NCBI GenBank assembly: GCA_965644265.1
Contig: OZ286462.1
Span: 48,422,001-48,486,000 of the forward strand
Direction of reading: 5' to 3'
DNA: 64,000 bases
DNA from: Glycera tridactyla
Lineage: Eukaryota
The notes below the pieces were generated by a model. The model had not been told where the DNA came from. It was given only the letters and a program-made list of their open reading frames with translations, and did not search any database. Position 1 is the first letter of the stretch, and each line of letters opens with the position of its first letter. Below are positions 1 through 12,600 of the stretch, one piece after another. The position numbers were made by a program, and so were the translations under genes.

Positions 1-189
1 AAACTGACAACTTTGGAGAGAATCAGAAACTACATTGTCAAGTGATACAGCTCTCACTTTGTACAAATACAGTAAAACCTGTCTATTGTGAAAAGTCACG
101 GGCCAGATTTTTCTTTTCACTGTAGACAGGATTTCACTATATACAGGTCAATTATAGTGAGAAAAAAACATGTATCTTATTATGCCCTC

Positions 190-1197
190 AATTATACCCC
201 CCCCCCCCCCCCCCCCAACGAAGTTAGGAGGGGTATACTGGAATCACCCCGTCCGTCTGTCCGTCTGTCTGTCCGTCTGTCTGTAGACGGAGTCGTTTCC
301 GGATGATATCTCAAGTTTGCCTTCACTCATTAATTTCATATTACATACACACACCACCCATATAGAGAGGAGGAACCCTATTGTTTTTGGTGTCACTAGG
401 TCAAAGGTCAAGGTCACAGGAGGTCATTTCATGGGAAATCACTATTCGGCTCCTCTGACCTCAATTTTTGAGTAATTGCTTTCATATTTGATATGTGAAC
501 AGTGTGTCAGTATCTATTTCACATAAGTTCCGGGTTTTATGATGCAATTGTTACTTTTGGCGTCATGGGGCTGAATATTAAGGTCACTAATACAATCCAT
601 GTATGTACAAGCTGCCAGTGTGTAGGCAGAATGGTTTCCGGATGATTTCTCAAGTTTGCCTTGCCTTATTGATTCCATATTACTGGGACACATTACCCAT
701 AATAAGCAAAAGAACCCTATCGATTTTGGGGTCACTAGGTCAAAGGTCAAGGTCACGGGAGGTCACATCACTGGAAATCACATTTTCGGCTCCCCTGACC
801 TCAATTCTTGAGTAATCGCTTTGATATTTGGTATGTGAACAGTGTGTCGCTCTCTATTCCACATAAGTTCCGGGTTTTATGATGCGATTGTTACTCTTGG
901 CGTCATGTCACAACCCATTAATAAGCTGCCTATGTGTAGGCAGAATGGTTTCCGGATGATTTCTCAAGTTTGCCTTGCCTTATTGATTCCATATTACAGG
1001 GACACATTACCCATACTAAGCAAAAGAACCCTATCGATTTTGGGGTCACTAGGTCAAAGGTCAAGGTCACGGGAGGTCACATCACAAAGCTTATGTAGAA
1101 TACAGCAGAAGATTTTGATTGCTGAAAGATTAGGTGCATGATAAATTATGTTTTAAAAAGTTGTGTGACAGGCATCCAGCACGCCTGGTATTCTAGG
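190..1197 (+). mobile_element. HINE/DINE-1-like element with about three 315-340-bp internal repeats
   Basis: 5' TTATACCCCC...CGAAG...GGGGTATA inverted motif, (CCGTCTGT)n microsatellite, repeats anchored on GTTTCCGGATGAT (about 295, 634, 949) and GGTCAAAGGTCAAGGTCAC, and a small 3' hairpin near 1175-1190. Confidence 0.75.
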
Positions 1198-2586
1198 ATT
1201 CAGATATACAGTCAAACCTGTCCATAAAGGCAGGGATTTTCTTGCTCGGGAATATGTATAGGTCTTTCGGGCACATTGATGCAGATTTCATGTGTCATTT
1301 CGGATTTGTGTTTGCCTCAAATCATGTAATCATATCAAAGTATGGAAAATTCCATGTGCCTGCTGGCCACAAGATATATGGTTTAATGTGCCCATTCATA
1401 ACTTTATGTGACATTTGCCACAGGGCACAGGGTAAAATCACGCCTCTAAAGGCCACCTTCAGTTGCATCAGAAAGTGATCTTAATAGGTAGATAGCTTTT
1501 AGAGGGGTCACTTATTGTTGAAAACACTATCATGGACGCAGCTCAGGGTGGCCTTTATAGAGAGGTGGTCTCTCAAGCAGGTTTGACTATTATAATTGCA
1601 TTTGAATAGTGTCCTTCAATCATTATTAGATATGGATGGTGTGTAAACTAAGGATGGACTCGTAAAGAAGCTGATGATTCTGAATTTGATGTTCAGGCAT
1701 GGTACACCTTATCACTTGATTTGAGATGCATACTTGATGTGTCCAGTTTCAAAATGCTTCATAAACTTATCCCAAAAAAGAATCGGGCTTAGTGGAGTGT
1801 GTGATATTTTTTAATTTCCCCATTAATTACCCCAAGAAGGAGTGGATCAAGTTGACTAATTTTGTATACTATATTGTGATATAGCAGTCAGAGACTGTTA
1901 GAGCTGACATGGCTGACTTTCCTCCTGAGTCAAAATAAGTGATCACTTGAAAATTACCCAGCATGCTTAGCAGTCTTACAGTGCCTGATGACTTCCTTCC
2001 TTCAATCAAGTTGATGAATATTATCCTGAATATTCATTGGTTATGCTTTCGAAATAGACATGATGTGATTACTCACTAGATGTGGATTAGTACTGCAGGA
2101 TTAGAGAGTGAGTTTCACATGAGGTGTGAGTGAGTATGTGAAGGGGGGGGGGGGGCTCATGATGGCATGGGTAGGTGTGACTGCTCATCACCCAGTACTC
2201 ATCACAGTAGGGGTGAGATGAACTCATGCACACTCGTGAGCACACAGTTTCACACCTTGTTAGCCAGGTGATGGCATGTTTCTCATCTGAGTGAGTTATG
2301 TACAAGAGTCTGTATCTCATGGTGTTAGAACACACACTAGGTTGGGGAGTCTAAGTCTAAAGACATATCTCTAGTGTGGTCAGTTCTAGAAGTGATTCAG
2401 TGATATCTCTTGACTGCTTTGAAAAGAATTGGGCATGGGATTGCGAGGTTTGTATATCACACATAATTAAGTCTTGGCATTGGTCCCTACTCTATGATTG
2501 ATCAGAAATTATTTCAATTGATTATCATTCATATTTGGTAAATAGTCACCATTTGGAAGATATTTCACTGTGCCAGCCAGTTCATC

Positions 2587-2606
2587 GTGTGTGCATGCAT
2601 GCGCTC

Positions 2607-2641
<35 letters not shown>

Positions 2642-2703
2642 TGTGTGTGTGTGAGTGCGTGCATGTGCGTGCATGCGTCCATGTGTGTGTGTGCACTCGT
2701 ACA

Positions 2704-2734
<31 letters not shown>

Positions 2735-2781
2735 AAGGTTGTGGGTTAAGCTCCAAGTTGCTGCATGAATTTTATATAAAG

Positions 2782-2868
<87 letters not shown>

Positions 2869-2890
2869 CGTGCGTTTGTGCACATGTGAG
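2587..2890. repeat. (GT)n microsatellite cluster
   Basis: Long GT tracts at about 2608-2725 and 2784-2860. Confidence 0.95.
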
Positions 2891-3624
2891 TGCATGCGCA
2901 CTTATGAGCAAGGGTCCTGCAGTTACCCGGGTTGGGAATCCAAGGATATGAAAACTTTCAGTGGATCTAATTCATCTCATGCCAAAAACTATGCTGTTAT
3001 ATCTCACACGAATGAAGAGGCTAGCAGTATGACCGATTCAGCATCTTTCTTTTGGATTGATGAATAAAAGGTCATGCATGTAATTACCGAGGAATTGAAT
3101 TTAAACCTCATAAGCTCCAGTGGACAAGATAGGTTGGTGATACAAATATTCGTAACGAAAGTAAACAGCATTATAAAGGTGAAGTAGTGATCAGTTATAT
3201 GAATTATTTGTCATATTTATCCCTGCATATCAATTTGATAATATAGGGCCACCTACTGGTATTTAACATTCATAAGTAAGTATCAGTGTATGATACCTTC
3301 AGGCCCATGCCCCACTTCTGTATTTTCACCAGTAGGGAGAGTACATAGCTTCGATGCTGTGAGGTTTCTGAGATTTCCATCCATTAGGATTCATCTTAGC
3401 AAGGTTTGGATGCAAAACCGCGGAAAATCTTCTATCAGAAATATGTACTGTATATCATTATAATTATGAGTTCACCATAAATGAGAATTTTTTTCATTCA
3501 TTGCAGGTTAGTCCAACTTCTGAGGTGCATAAGGATGCGTGCCGCTTCTCATATGAAGTCATTAAATCTTTAAAAACTTTGATAACTTATTGATGCTACA
3601 ACCTTTGATTGTTGTGTTTTTCAG

Positions 3625-6600
3625 CGAGTCCAGGGCAGTCACTGACAGGGGCAGGTGACAGTGTCATTCCACACCGAGATCTTACGCCGGATGCAATAAG
3701 AGCGCTATGGAAAAAGGCAATACTTGAAACGTTACTCCTCATTCGCATGGAAAAGGAGAACATCAGTCTTCAAGGTGAGTCAGAAATCTGTTTTCTCTTC
3801 TCATTTGCCCAACGGATAGATTTCGAAAATGCATTGTAACCAGCAATCGTTGAACAAAATACTTGTGAATATATATAGTATAGCTATTTCAAGCTAATCC
3901 ATGACATCTGTGATGAGATACCAACTCAAATGTCATCAAAAAGTGGTCTCTCAGAACTGGTCGTCCCTCATGTGCTTCAAAATTGAATAGGTTACCAGTC
4001 GCTATGATTCCCTCAAGGGGGATTTTACTTCAGATCTTAGTAAACCATGGGAACAAACTGAAAACTTGGAATACTATCAGAGTATACAAAGACATACAGT
4101 AAAACCTCTCTTTGGAGACCACCTCAATGCCATCTACAAGCGGTCTCTCAAAAGAGGTGGTCTCATTGGAGGCATATTTGACTATGCCAAATAGAAATGA
4201 ACCAAGGAAAAGCAGTTCCTTAAAAGAGGGGTCTCTTAAAAGAGGTTTCACTGTATTTAGGTTGGCTGCCTGTATACATGCATCTAGTCTTGAGAGAGAT
4301 AAGCTGAATTTCGATGACTTGGAAGTGATATAATTCACCCTGGAGCTCAGTTGGCATTAAAACATGGGCATTGTCAAACTCACTGCTTTTCTAAAGTGGG
4401 CCTTTTTGGCTGTGAGTTTAGGCTTTATATTAAGTAAATCTGGCTTTAAAGGACCATGTGATGGGTGATAAGATTTTGGGGCTGGGGCTGGCTTCCCACT
4501 ACAATCTCATCCAATTCTTATAGCTTATCTTTTTTTTCCCATTCACTGACTGAGTCATTGAAATGGTTCATCCAATTTATGCCATGGATGGAGATAGCAA
4601 TCAGATAGAAATCATAGCATATTAAGATCAATACATCTTGGACTGTAATTGATCAATTGATCATCAACATGGTTTGCACCGTCTTGAAAAGTGCTTGAAA
4701 ATCAGTGTGAGTCCTTGAAAGTGCTTGAGTTTGATTGCTGTCTTGAAAATGTGAAAGATCATGGGAAAGTGCTTGATTTCTGTACAGAGTGCTTGAAGTT
4801 CAACAAATATGACCAGAAAATCTCAGATTTGTCATATGGTGACCAAAAATTATTCGCAAGCAGTTGGATCTCGTGACTATATTGAAGGCTAGAATCGTGC
4901 ATATATTTATTAGAACAAGAGGTCGTTGAGATTTGCAGTCCATCAATTCTCCTATTAGATGGTTAATATTGATTTCGATCAATGTAGCCAATAAAATTTC
5001 TCAGAGCCAACTAGTGTGTAGTGGTGGTAATCAGAACTGAGGATGGTTTTGAGCAGATTGATGCATGACAAATTATTTCTGAGGCATGGGCAGAGGGCTT
5101 GAAAAACTAGGCGAGTCCTTAAGAAGTCCTCGAAAAGTGCTTGAATTTTTTCTCAGAATTTCTGTATGAACCATGACTGATGTAGCGTTTGTGGTTTCAA
5201 TATATGGGCAAGCTATTGTGGTCACTGCTCAGCTTGATTATTGTTGCCAGTTGGCTTTTGTACAGGGGCTGTCTTGAGCAGGTTAAACTTTATTTGGACT
5301 GGTAGAATATTGCCACTGCTTGAACTCCTAATGAAGAATCAGTTAATTAGATGAGAGCTGGAGGTTTATGTAATAAGCAATATGTGATGTCATATCACCA
5401 ATATACTGTGGCCACCTGTTGTAGTGTTATGGCGGACTATCATTACCCATGTCACTATATCATCAACTTTCTTATGCTGTTATTTCATTGCATACACAAG
5501 CAGTGGGAAGTATCAAGAGAATGCCATTCCATCAATTGTGATCATAAAACTGTACAAAGTGCTCTTTTTCTTCATTGATTCCTTGCAATAAAATAGGCTC
5601 ATTACACAATTATTTCCATATCAGGGGCAGATCCTTCCCTTATGTATATCCCAGCTCCAGTATGAATTCTTTCCTTGGGCCATTCCCTGCAGTAACTCAA
5701 CATATTCCTCATAGTTATCCTTGCTTCAGTATCACTATCATCCTCTCTATCTCTAATTCAGTATCAAATCCCTGTACATGTCGATTTGAAATTCAAAAAG
5801 TAATAATTGCATATTTTCCAGAAGTGATCAGCAATTTGATCTGTTAATTGGAGGATCGGTTTTCCATACATGCAGGTACTGTATATGTATCTGTTTTTGC
5901 TGAATGAAGAAAAAAATCTTCATTAGTAATACAGAGTATGCATTGAGTATACATATCATTTTCAGCCATATTGTTCACTTCTTTTTCACCATTACTGGGC
6001 ATGAATAGAATCTATTCATCGAAAACACTCAAACAAACAAACAAACAAAACAACCAAACAAAAAGTCAATACAATATCACTCAGCTATAGTCCTCTCCTT
6101 TATCCATTACTCCAATGACTTTATAGAATTTTAGTACATCATCTATGTTGACTTACACTCAATTTTTACTTCAATCCATTGCGTGCAGGATATTTCATAC
6201 TATATGGCTCAAGATCAGTAGTACTCTTCAAAGGTGAGGTCAAACACATAGATGTTTCTTCATTTATTATTTTCTGTGGAGAGGTTTTCACTCTTGTAGC
6301 TATAATGCTTCTTTCACCTCATTTGCCTTGGCTTCTGTTCCATAGGGATTTCATTTAATAGATCTTTGGTATGTGTATGTATTCAGAATTCTGGTATGGG
6401 TGTATGGTATTTTGTATGCTATATTGGTGTTAATTTCTCCATATTCCTGAGTTTGGATCATTTTCATAGCTTAGAGAGAAATATGTGTGCCATTGTAAGC
6501 TTTATTTCTATGAATACTGCCTTATTTATTAACCTGAAATACACATGGCTGTGGCTTTTTCCTGATATTGTATCGGATTGAAGAGACCAATCTGGTGGTT

Positions 6601-9600
6601 GATCTATATGTGCAGTGTATGGAATTGGGTCGGCTAGCAATGTTTTCACAGGTGTGCATGACTGCTTGATAAAATATATACTGTAGATGTGTACTCTGTA
6701 TAATATCTGTTAACCCTTTGTTTACAGTGGTAGCAGCTGGTATGTCTCTCTGTGTGATTTTTTAACACTTGGTGTTAATATCTGGGGATAGGACAGTGGG
6801 AATTTGTGTCCTAGTGAACTCATAAATCACTGCACAGATTTGTGATTCAACTCAGATAACAGAGTACATATTGAAATATGACAAAAATATTGCGATCAGT
6901 ATCGCTTTAATTGCTCAGGATCTGATCCTATCAGATACGGATCAAATATGATTGAAAGAATACTAAATTACATCAAAATATAGACTTACTATAAAAACAC
7001 TTTTTGGACTGACTCACTATTTCCACCCTCTTTTATTTGAAAAGTTCCTGGAGAATTTGACTCAATATATCATGGATATCTTCACAAGTACTTTTGTTAC
7101 TTCATATGGTAACTTCATCAGGCGTCCATTTATCCTAATGATTTATTGAATTAGCGTCAAACTACAGAACCAAGTGGAAACTTTTAGATAGATGCTTCTT
7201 GCAGCCCTATTTCCATACCAAAGACAGATCCTGGAGTTCTAACTGGGTCCTAAATGGGTGGATTCAAAACTTCAGCCATAGACTCTTGATTCAGACTTCT
7301 TTTCAACCTTGGCTGAATTGTGGGTGTATGAAACTTAGAGTACTAACTTTCCAGTATGAGACAGAACTCAAGAGATTGATCTGGAAAAAGAGTGAAAAAC
7401 AAAAAGGGGTCAAGGACCGCCCCAAATGCCATCCACAAGCGGTCTATCAAGAGAGGTGGTCTCTCATTGGAGGTATATTTGACTATGTCAAAAAGGAAAG
7501 AACGGATGAAGAACATTCTCTCAAAAGAGGGGTCTCACAAACGAGGTTTTACTGTAATCTATTCAATGCAGATTCCTTGATCTACGTTATCCATTTGACA
7601 CAAGTTATAAGTGTTGTACAGTCGGTTTGCCTTTATTTGTTGCACCTGTTTTTCGCTGATGATTTGCTGATGATTCGCTGAAATATGCATCTGAGTGAAG
7701 AATTTTGATGCCGCTACTCACGACAGTTATTGTCGCTCATATAGCTCTTCAAATTTCATCCATCCTGCCAATGTTAGTCAGTCAGATAGTATGCGAGAGA
7801 AGCGAAGCCGGGCTTGTTTATTGCTGTTACGCAGCAGTCAAACGTGCGACACTGCCAGTTGACCCGTAACCACGATTATGACGTCATAATGCGATTTCCC
7901 GGGTCAGAACCGTCATGTATGCGTCATACCAATATACGGCAATGCACTGATAAACTGTTCACGCTAAATTTGTAGGTTTCTCTTGGTGATTTCGGGTATT
8001 TGTGTTGAATTTTGATTAGATCATTAACTACTTCAAATGATGCTTCTCGGACGAATATTGGCATCGTATCTTTTGAAAATGATCTGTGAAACATAGGCGC
8101 CACAAAAAAACAGCGAACTGACTGTAAGTGCATCTGGCCCTGATTGAAGAAGGTATATGTGATCAGACATAATCATGGGATTCTATGTTAATTTAATGCC
8201 TTTGGAGAGTAGCATAACATGCTTTGTGCAGTGACATAACACTCATCATATTTTGTTTAACATTCAACCTCTCAAACAACATAAATATATTTTTTCTGTT
8301 GATGTGTCTTGATTTCTTGGCATGTTTTCATCATTTCTTTGATCACTGAGCAGTATTTTGTGAATCTCTCTCATACAGGGATGTGATTGACTGACAACCC
8401 CAAAACCCTGAAAACCTGGCGGGAGGCAGTTTTCAGCAAGATTTTGTAGACCTCAAAACTGCTGACTAATGGCTCCTATAACTCAATACAAACTGTACTC
8501 TATCTTCACTAATCCTGATCCGATTGCCATGATCTAAAATCCAAAATAATCAGCATAAAATGCTCGTTTCTAGCATATGCATGGCTCACACCCTTTATGG
8601 AAATCTGCAAATCTGCAGAACAATCACATCCCTGCTCATAATTTTGTGTGACTTCACTGGCATGTACTCCGTATGTTTCGGACACTTCAAGGAGCTTGTA
8701 TATGGGGTGTGCGGGGTAATGTTTTTCCCAATGATGAACCTTTAGGTGCGGCAGTGGTATGTCAAGATTTTCCACTGGTGTACAACAGGTATGATGTTCT
8801 AGATAGACCCTATTGGAGGAAAATTGTTTTCGTTTTAGTCATAGTGTCAGAGATATTCCTAGACTGTTGGAGGTGATCACTGAGCTTATTAACTCAACTG
8901 ATGTTACATAGTTCATATGGAAATATGCTCAGCTGCACAACGTTTTGCGATGTACAGTCAAACCTCTCTATAAAGACCGCCTTCAGTCGCATCAAAAAGA
9001 GCTCTTTATAAGGAGGTGCTCTTTATATAGAGGTCATTCACTGTTGAAAATGCTACCACGGTCGCAGCTCAGGGTGGTCTTTATGAGGAGGTGATCTTTA
9101 TAGAGAAGTGGTGTTTAGAGGAGGTTCGACTGTATTTCACAAACATTTCCGATTATTGTCTACTCTGGATGATAGATCTTGGCTCTCCATTGGTTTGCAG
9201 TGAGATCCTCATTCCATTGGCATATGAGGTAAGCTTGGGCACATAGAAGTCTCTGGAATGTGCTGGTTTGCTGTGAAATTATGAAGAAAAGAAATGATGA
9301 TCCTCATATTTCGCTAGTTTTAGTTCATAGGCGTGAATTTGCATACTAACTCGACTAATGCAGACTCTTTATACCATACAGTCAACCCTGCACTTGCTGC
9401 CACCTGTGTATAGCGGCCACTCGCTGATAACAGCCACTCTCAACAGCGACCGTCTAACTTTCACTTTAAATTACCTTTCTACAGCGGCCACCCCCTGACT
9501 GCGGCCAGCGGCCACAATATTTGACTAATTTTATAAGGAAACCCTGCTAATAGCAGCCACAAACATTCGAAATTGTCGATTGCAATTGGTAATCTGAGAT

Positions 9601-12600
9601 GCCGCCGGGGCTTTGGGAAAGACACCTGCTCACGGCTTGGTCCGTCACGCTATTCCCTGGTGTTGAATTCATTTCTATTGATAGAGAGGCCAATACCCCG
9701 GCAATTGTTTTGTCGTTCACGCTTCAATCCATGATGAGTCAGTCCAAGCCACTAAAAACACATGTCAATGTCGAATAAGCATGTATTTTGTGATGAAAAC
9801 GAAAGGGCGGCTTCTTTAGTAGCATCTGTGTGCCATTGTTGCGTCCAGTCACAAATTTGCATTCAGTTCGCAAAATATTTTGCGAATAAAGACGTTAGTT
9901 CAGCGAAAGATTGGCGGGCGATATTGGGAGTATTTGGTATGATGTACATATGTTTGAGACTGGGCCCAGTTGTCTGAATCTGCCTGTGTATAGTGGCCAA
10001 CCCTTGACAATGGCCACTTTTAGCCGCGACCGTCGATGGCCATTATGAGCAGGTTTGACTGTATACTGGTGAATAGAGATACAGGGCATGTGAACAATTA
10101 TTGAAGAGGTACATAGATTCAGATGAAAACCCTTGTTCTCCGACTTGAACACCTGATGGTAGACATGTGGGCAATATCATGTGAAGTTGTGATACTGGTA
10201 CCTGGGACCTGTCAATTGTGCTTCTTATCTCTCTTTGAGTTCCATATAGCACAACTAACCTGACTGTAGTTTCCATGAAATGGTTGTAAGCATGCATTGG
10301 CTGGACATCAGACCCTAGTCTTTGATTTTATCTTGACATGGTGAAATAAAGGTCTATTCTATTCTATCCTATTCATCTGAAATGGATCATCTGCATGATA
10401 GAAATATTTCCAACACAAGTAAACATCGTTATGAAGTGTAATCTATGATAATAATTCAGAGAAGATAGCTCTTTACTGTGCCAGGATGCTAAGTGCAGAT
10501 AGCAGCTACATTCTGATTGACCCATACCACAGGTCAAAGGTCATGCTCATTGAAAAGGCCATACATTTGACTTTGTTCATACAAATATGAAGAAATTATG
10601 ATTTAGCGATCATTTCACATCTAATTATATCAAGATGGATATCTGGTGTAAAATGTCCAGTGATATTTCGATTGTTATGTGCACTGGTATTGGAGCTGAT
10701 GGAATTTTCATACTAAACCTCCGGATGGGTTTTCATACTGAACAAATGAAGCCAGGAATATGTCCTTCCACCTTGAGTGGTCATTGATGATTCATGATTA
10801 TCAGTTATTCAGTTTAGTGTTTCAGAGTCTGGTATATTTGAGAAATTCACATGATTAAAGTTATCAAGTTATCTCAATGTAAAGGTATCTCTACCGTGAG
10901 AGATAAACCATAATAATTTGTGTTATGTAGATCCAGTAATGCTGGTCAACCCTGTCATACTTGGCCACGGACCTCAGTAGGAGCCTCACCGAAAGTTCAT
11001 AACAATGCAGTACAGCGGAGGACTTGACAAACTGCATCCATCTCACTACTCGCGTTATTACCAAAATAAAATATCTAATCACAAAATTGCACCTATGAAC
11101 AGTCTTGATTACATTGGATCATTGTGAAATGTTCTGCATTGGGAAATGAATTTCAGCTATAGACCAGAAACATTTTCATACAGTATAGAATATCTAAGAA
11201 GATTTGAGGCTGTATAGGACTTCATAATAATAGCATTTCCCATCTTGTTCTAATTTTAGCTCGTCAGGATGCAGCTGAGATGAAGCGGATGAAGTTGGAT
11301 TATAAAGAAATCGTTCCGTGTCTGAAGGACGTGACTCGAGAATGGGAGACGCTGCTGCGTACACCAGATCGTGTCAGTTGCAAATTTGAGCTCAAGGAGT
11401 ATGTTAAACAAGGTAAGATTGTCGGTGAGAAGGACAAGACATGAAAACCCCACCCGAGTTCATTGTACTTTTTAGGGCATCCATAATTGTAGAGTTGGTT
11501 TGTAGACGGCAGCTTGTAGAGTATTCTTGGAAACTAATGCTTTCCTTGTTTCAAGTGTTGCGCTCTGCTGAAATGAAAAGCATCACTATCAGGCCTGCGA
11601 GTCTGCTTCCAGCCAGTTACGCAGTCAGATATGCCATCGTTAGGTTCGATATATTCAGATAGAGGCATGTCTGAATCATCGGCTACTTCTTGACAACCCT
11701 TCTGCTTCCCCATCATCTTGTGTTCAGGGCTTGTGAAAGTAATGACTGCATGGTTGATACATGTTGTTTGAACCTCAACCAATTTATGACATGTTTTGTC
11801 CAGGTATTCCGCAGAGTAAGCGAGGGGAGATCTGGCAGTTGTTAGTAGAGCAGCATCGACATCATAATCCTGACGTATACAAGTTGCCGTCACCAGCGGA
11901 AAACTACGACACGCCATATGAGGAACTTTTACGTCAGCTGACCACTCATCAACATGCCATACTCATTGACTTAGGTAAGCGCCAAACACATTGCGCCAAG
12001 GAAACACAATTTCACCATTTTCCTTCACCCTTGGTTAAGACGTTTGTGAGTATAGCATTTATCTGAATCAGGACTATTCTAGCAAATGCAAATATTCCCA
12101 GGAATATCCATGTTAAATATATAGATAATCAGACCCAATATGTAACCCAAGATATAATGATGGTCTCATTTAATTAAAAGGGTCTGCAGCGAGAGACCAT
12201 AATCATTGCATAAGAGATTTCTGTCAAATGCCTGTCTTATGGGGCAAAATTTCAAAAGAATTAAGGGCAGTCTTCGAATTTAGCACTCTCCCGAATCCCG
12301 GGGAGGGTGAATTTGATTTTGGGAGAGTGAAACTTCCAACTCACTCTCCTGATGGGAGAGTGGAAATTTTTCAGTTGATGTGAGAGTGATGGCTCTTCTG
12401 TGAAGACAGAGCACCACTATTTTGATTACACCAACAATAATCCCTAGTCCCTGTGAGTAGGCTTTGTATTTGCCTGCACATGCATGATTCTGAAGAACTA
12501 ACCTCGGGAAAATATATATTAGTGGGACTTGCATAAATTCTGGAGAGTGGATTCATCTTTCGGGAGAGTGATTCTCCCAATCTACTCTCCCTATGGGGGA

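Noticed and set aside
2565-3067. ORFs rich in HT/CV dipeptides (also 35101-35414, 53153-53409)
   Set aside because: Translations of (GT)n microsatellites. No splice-supported link of 2786-3067 to the TBC gene.
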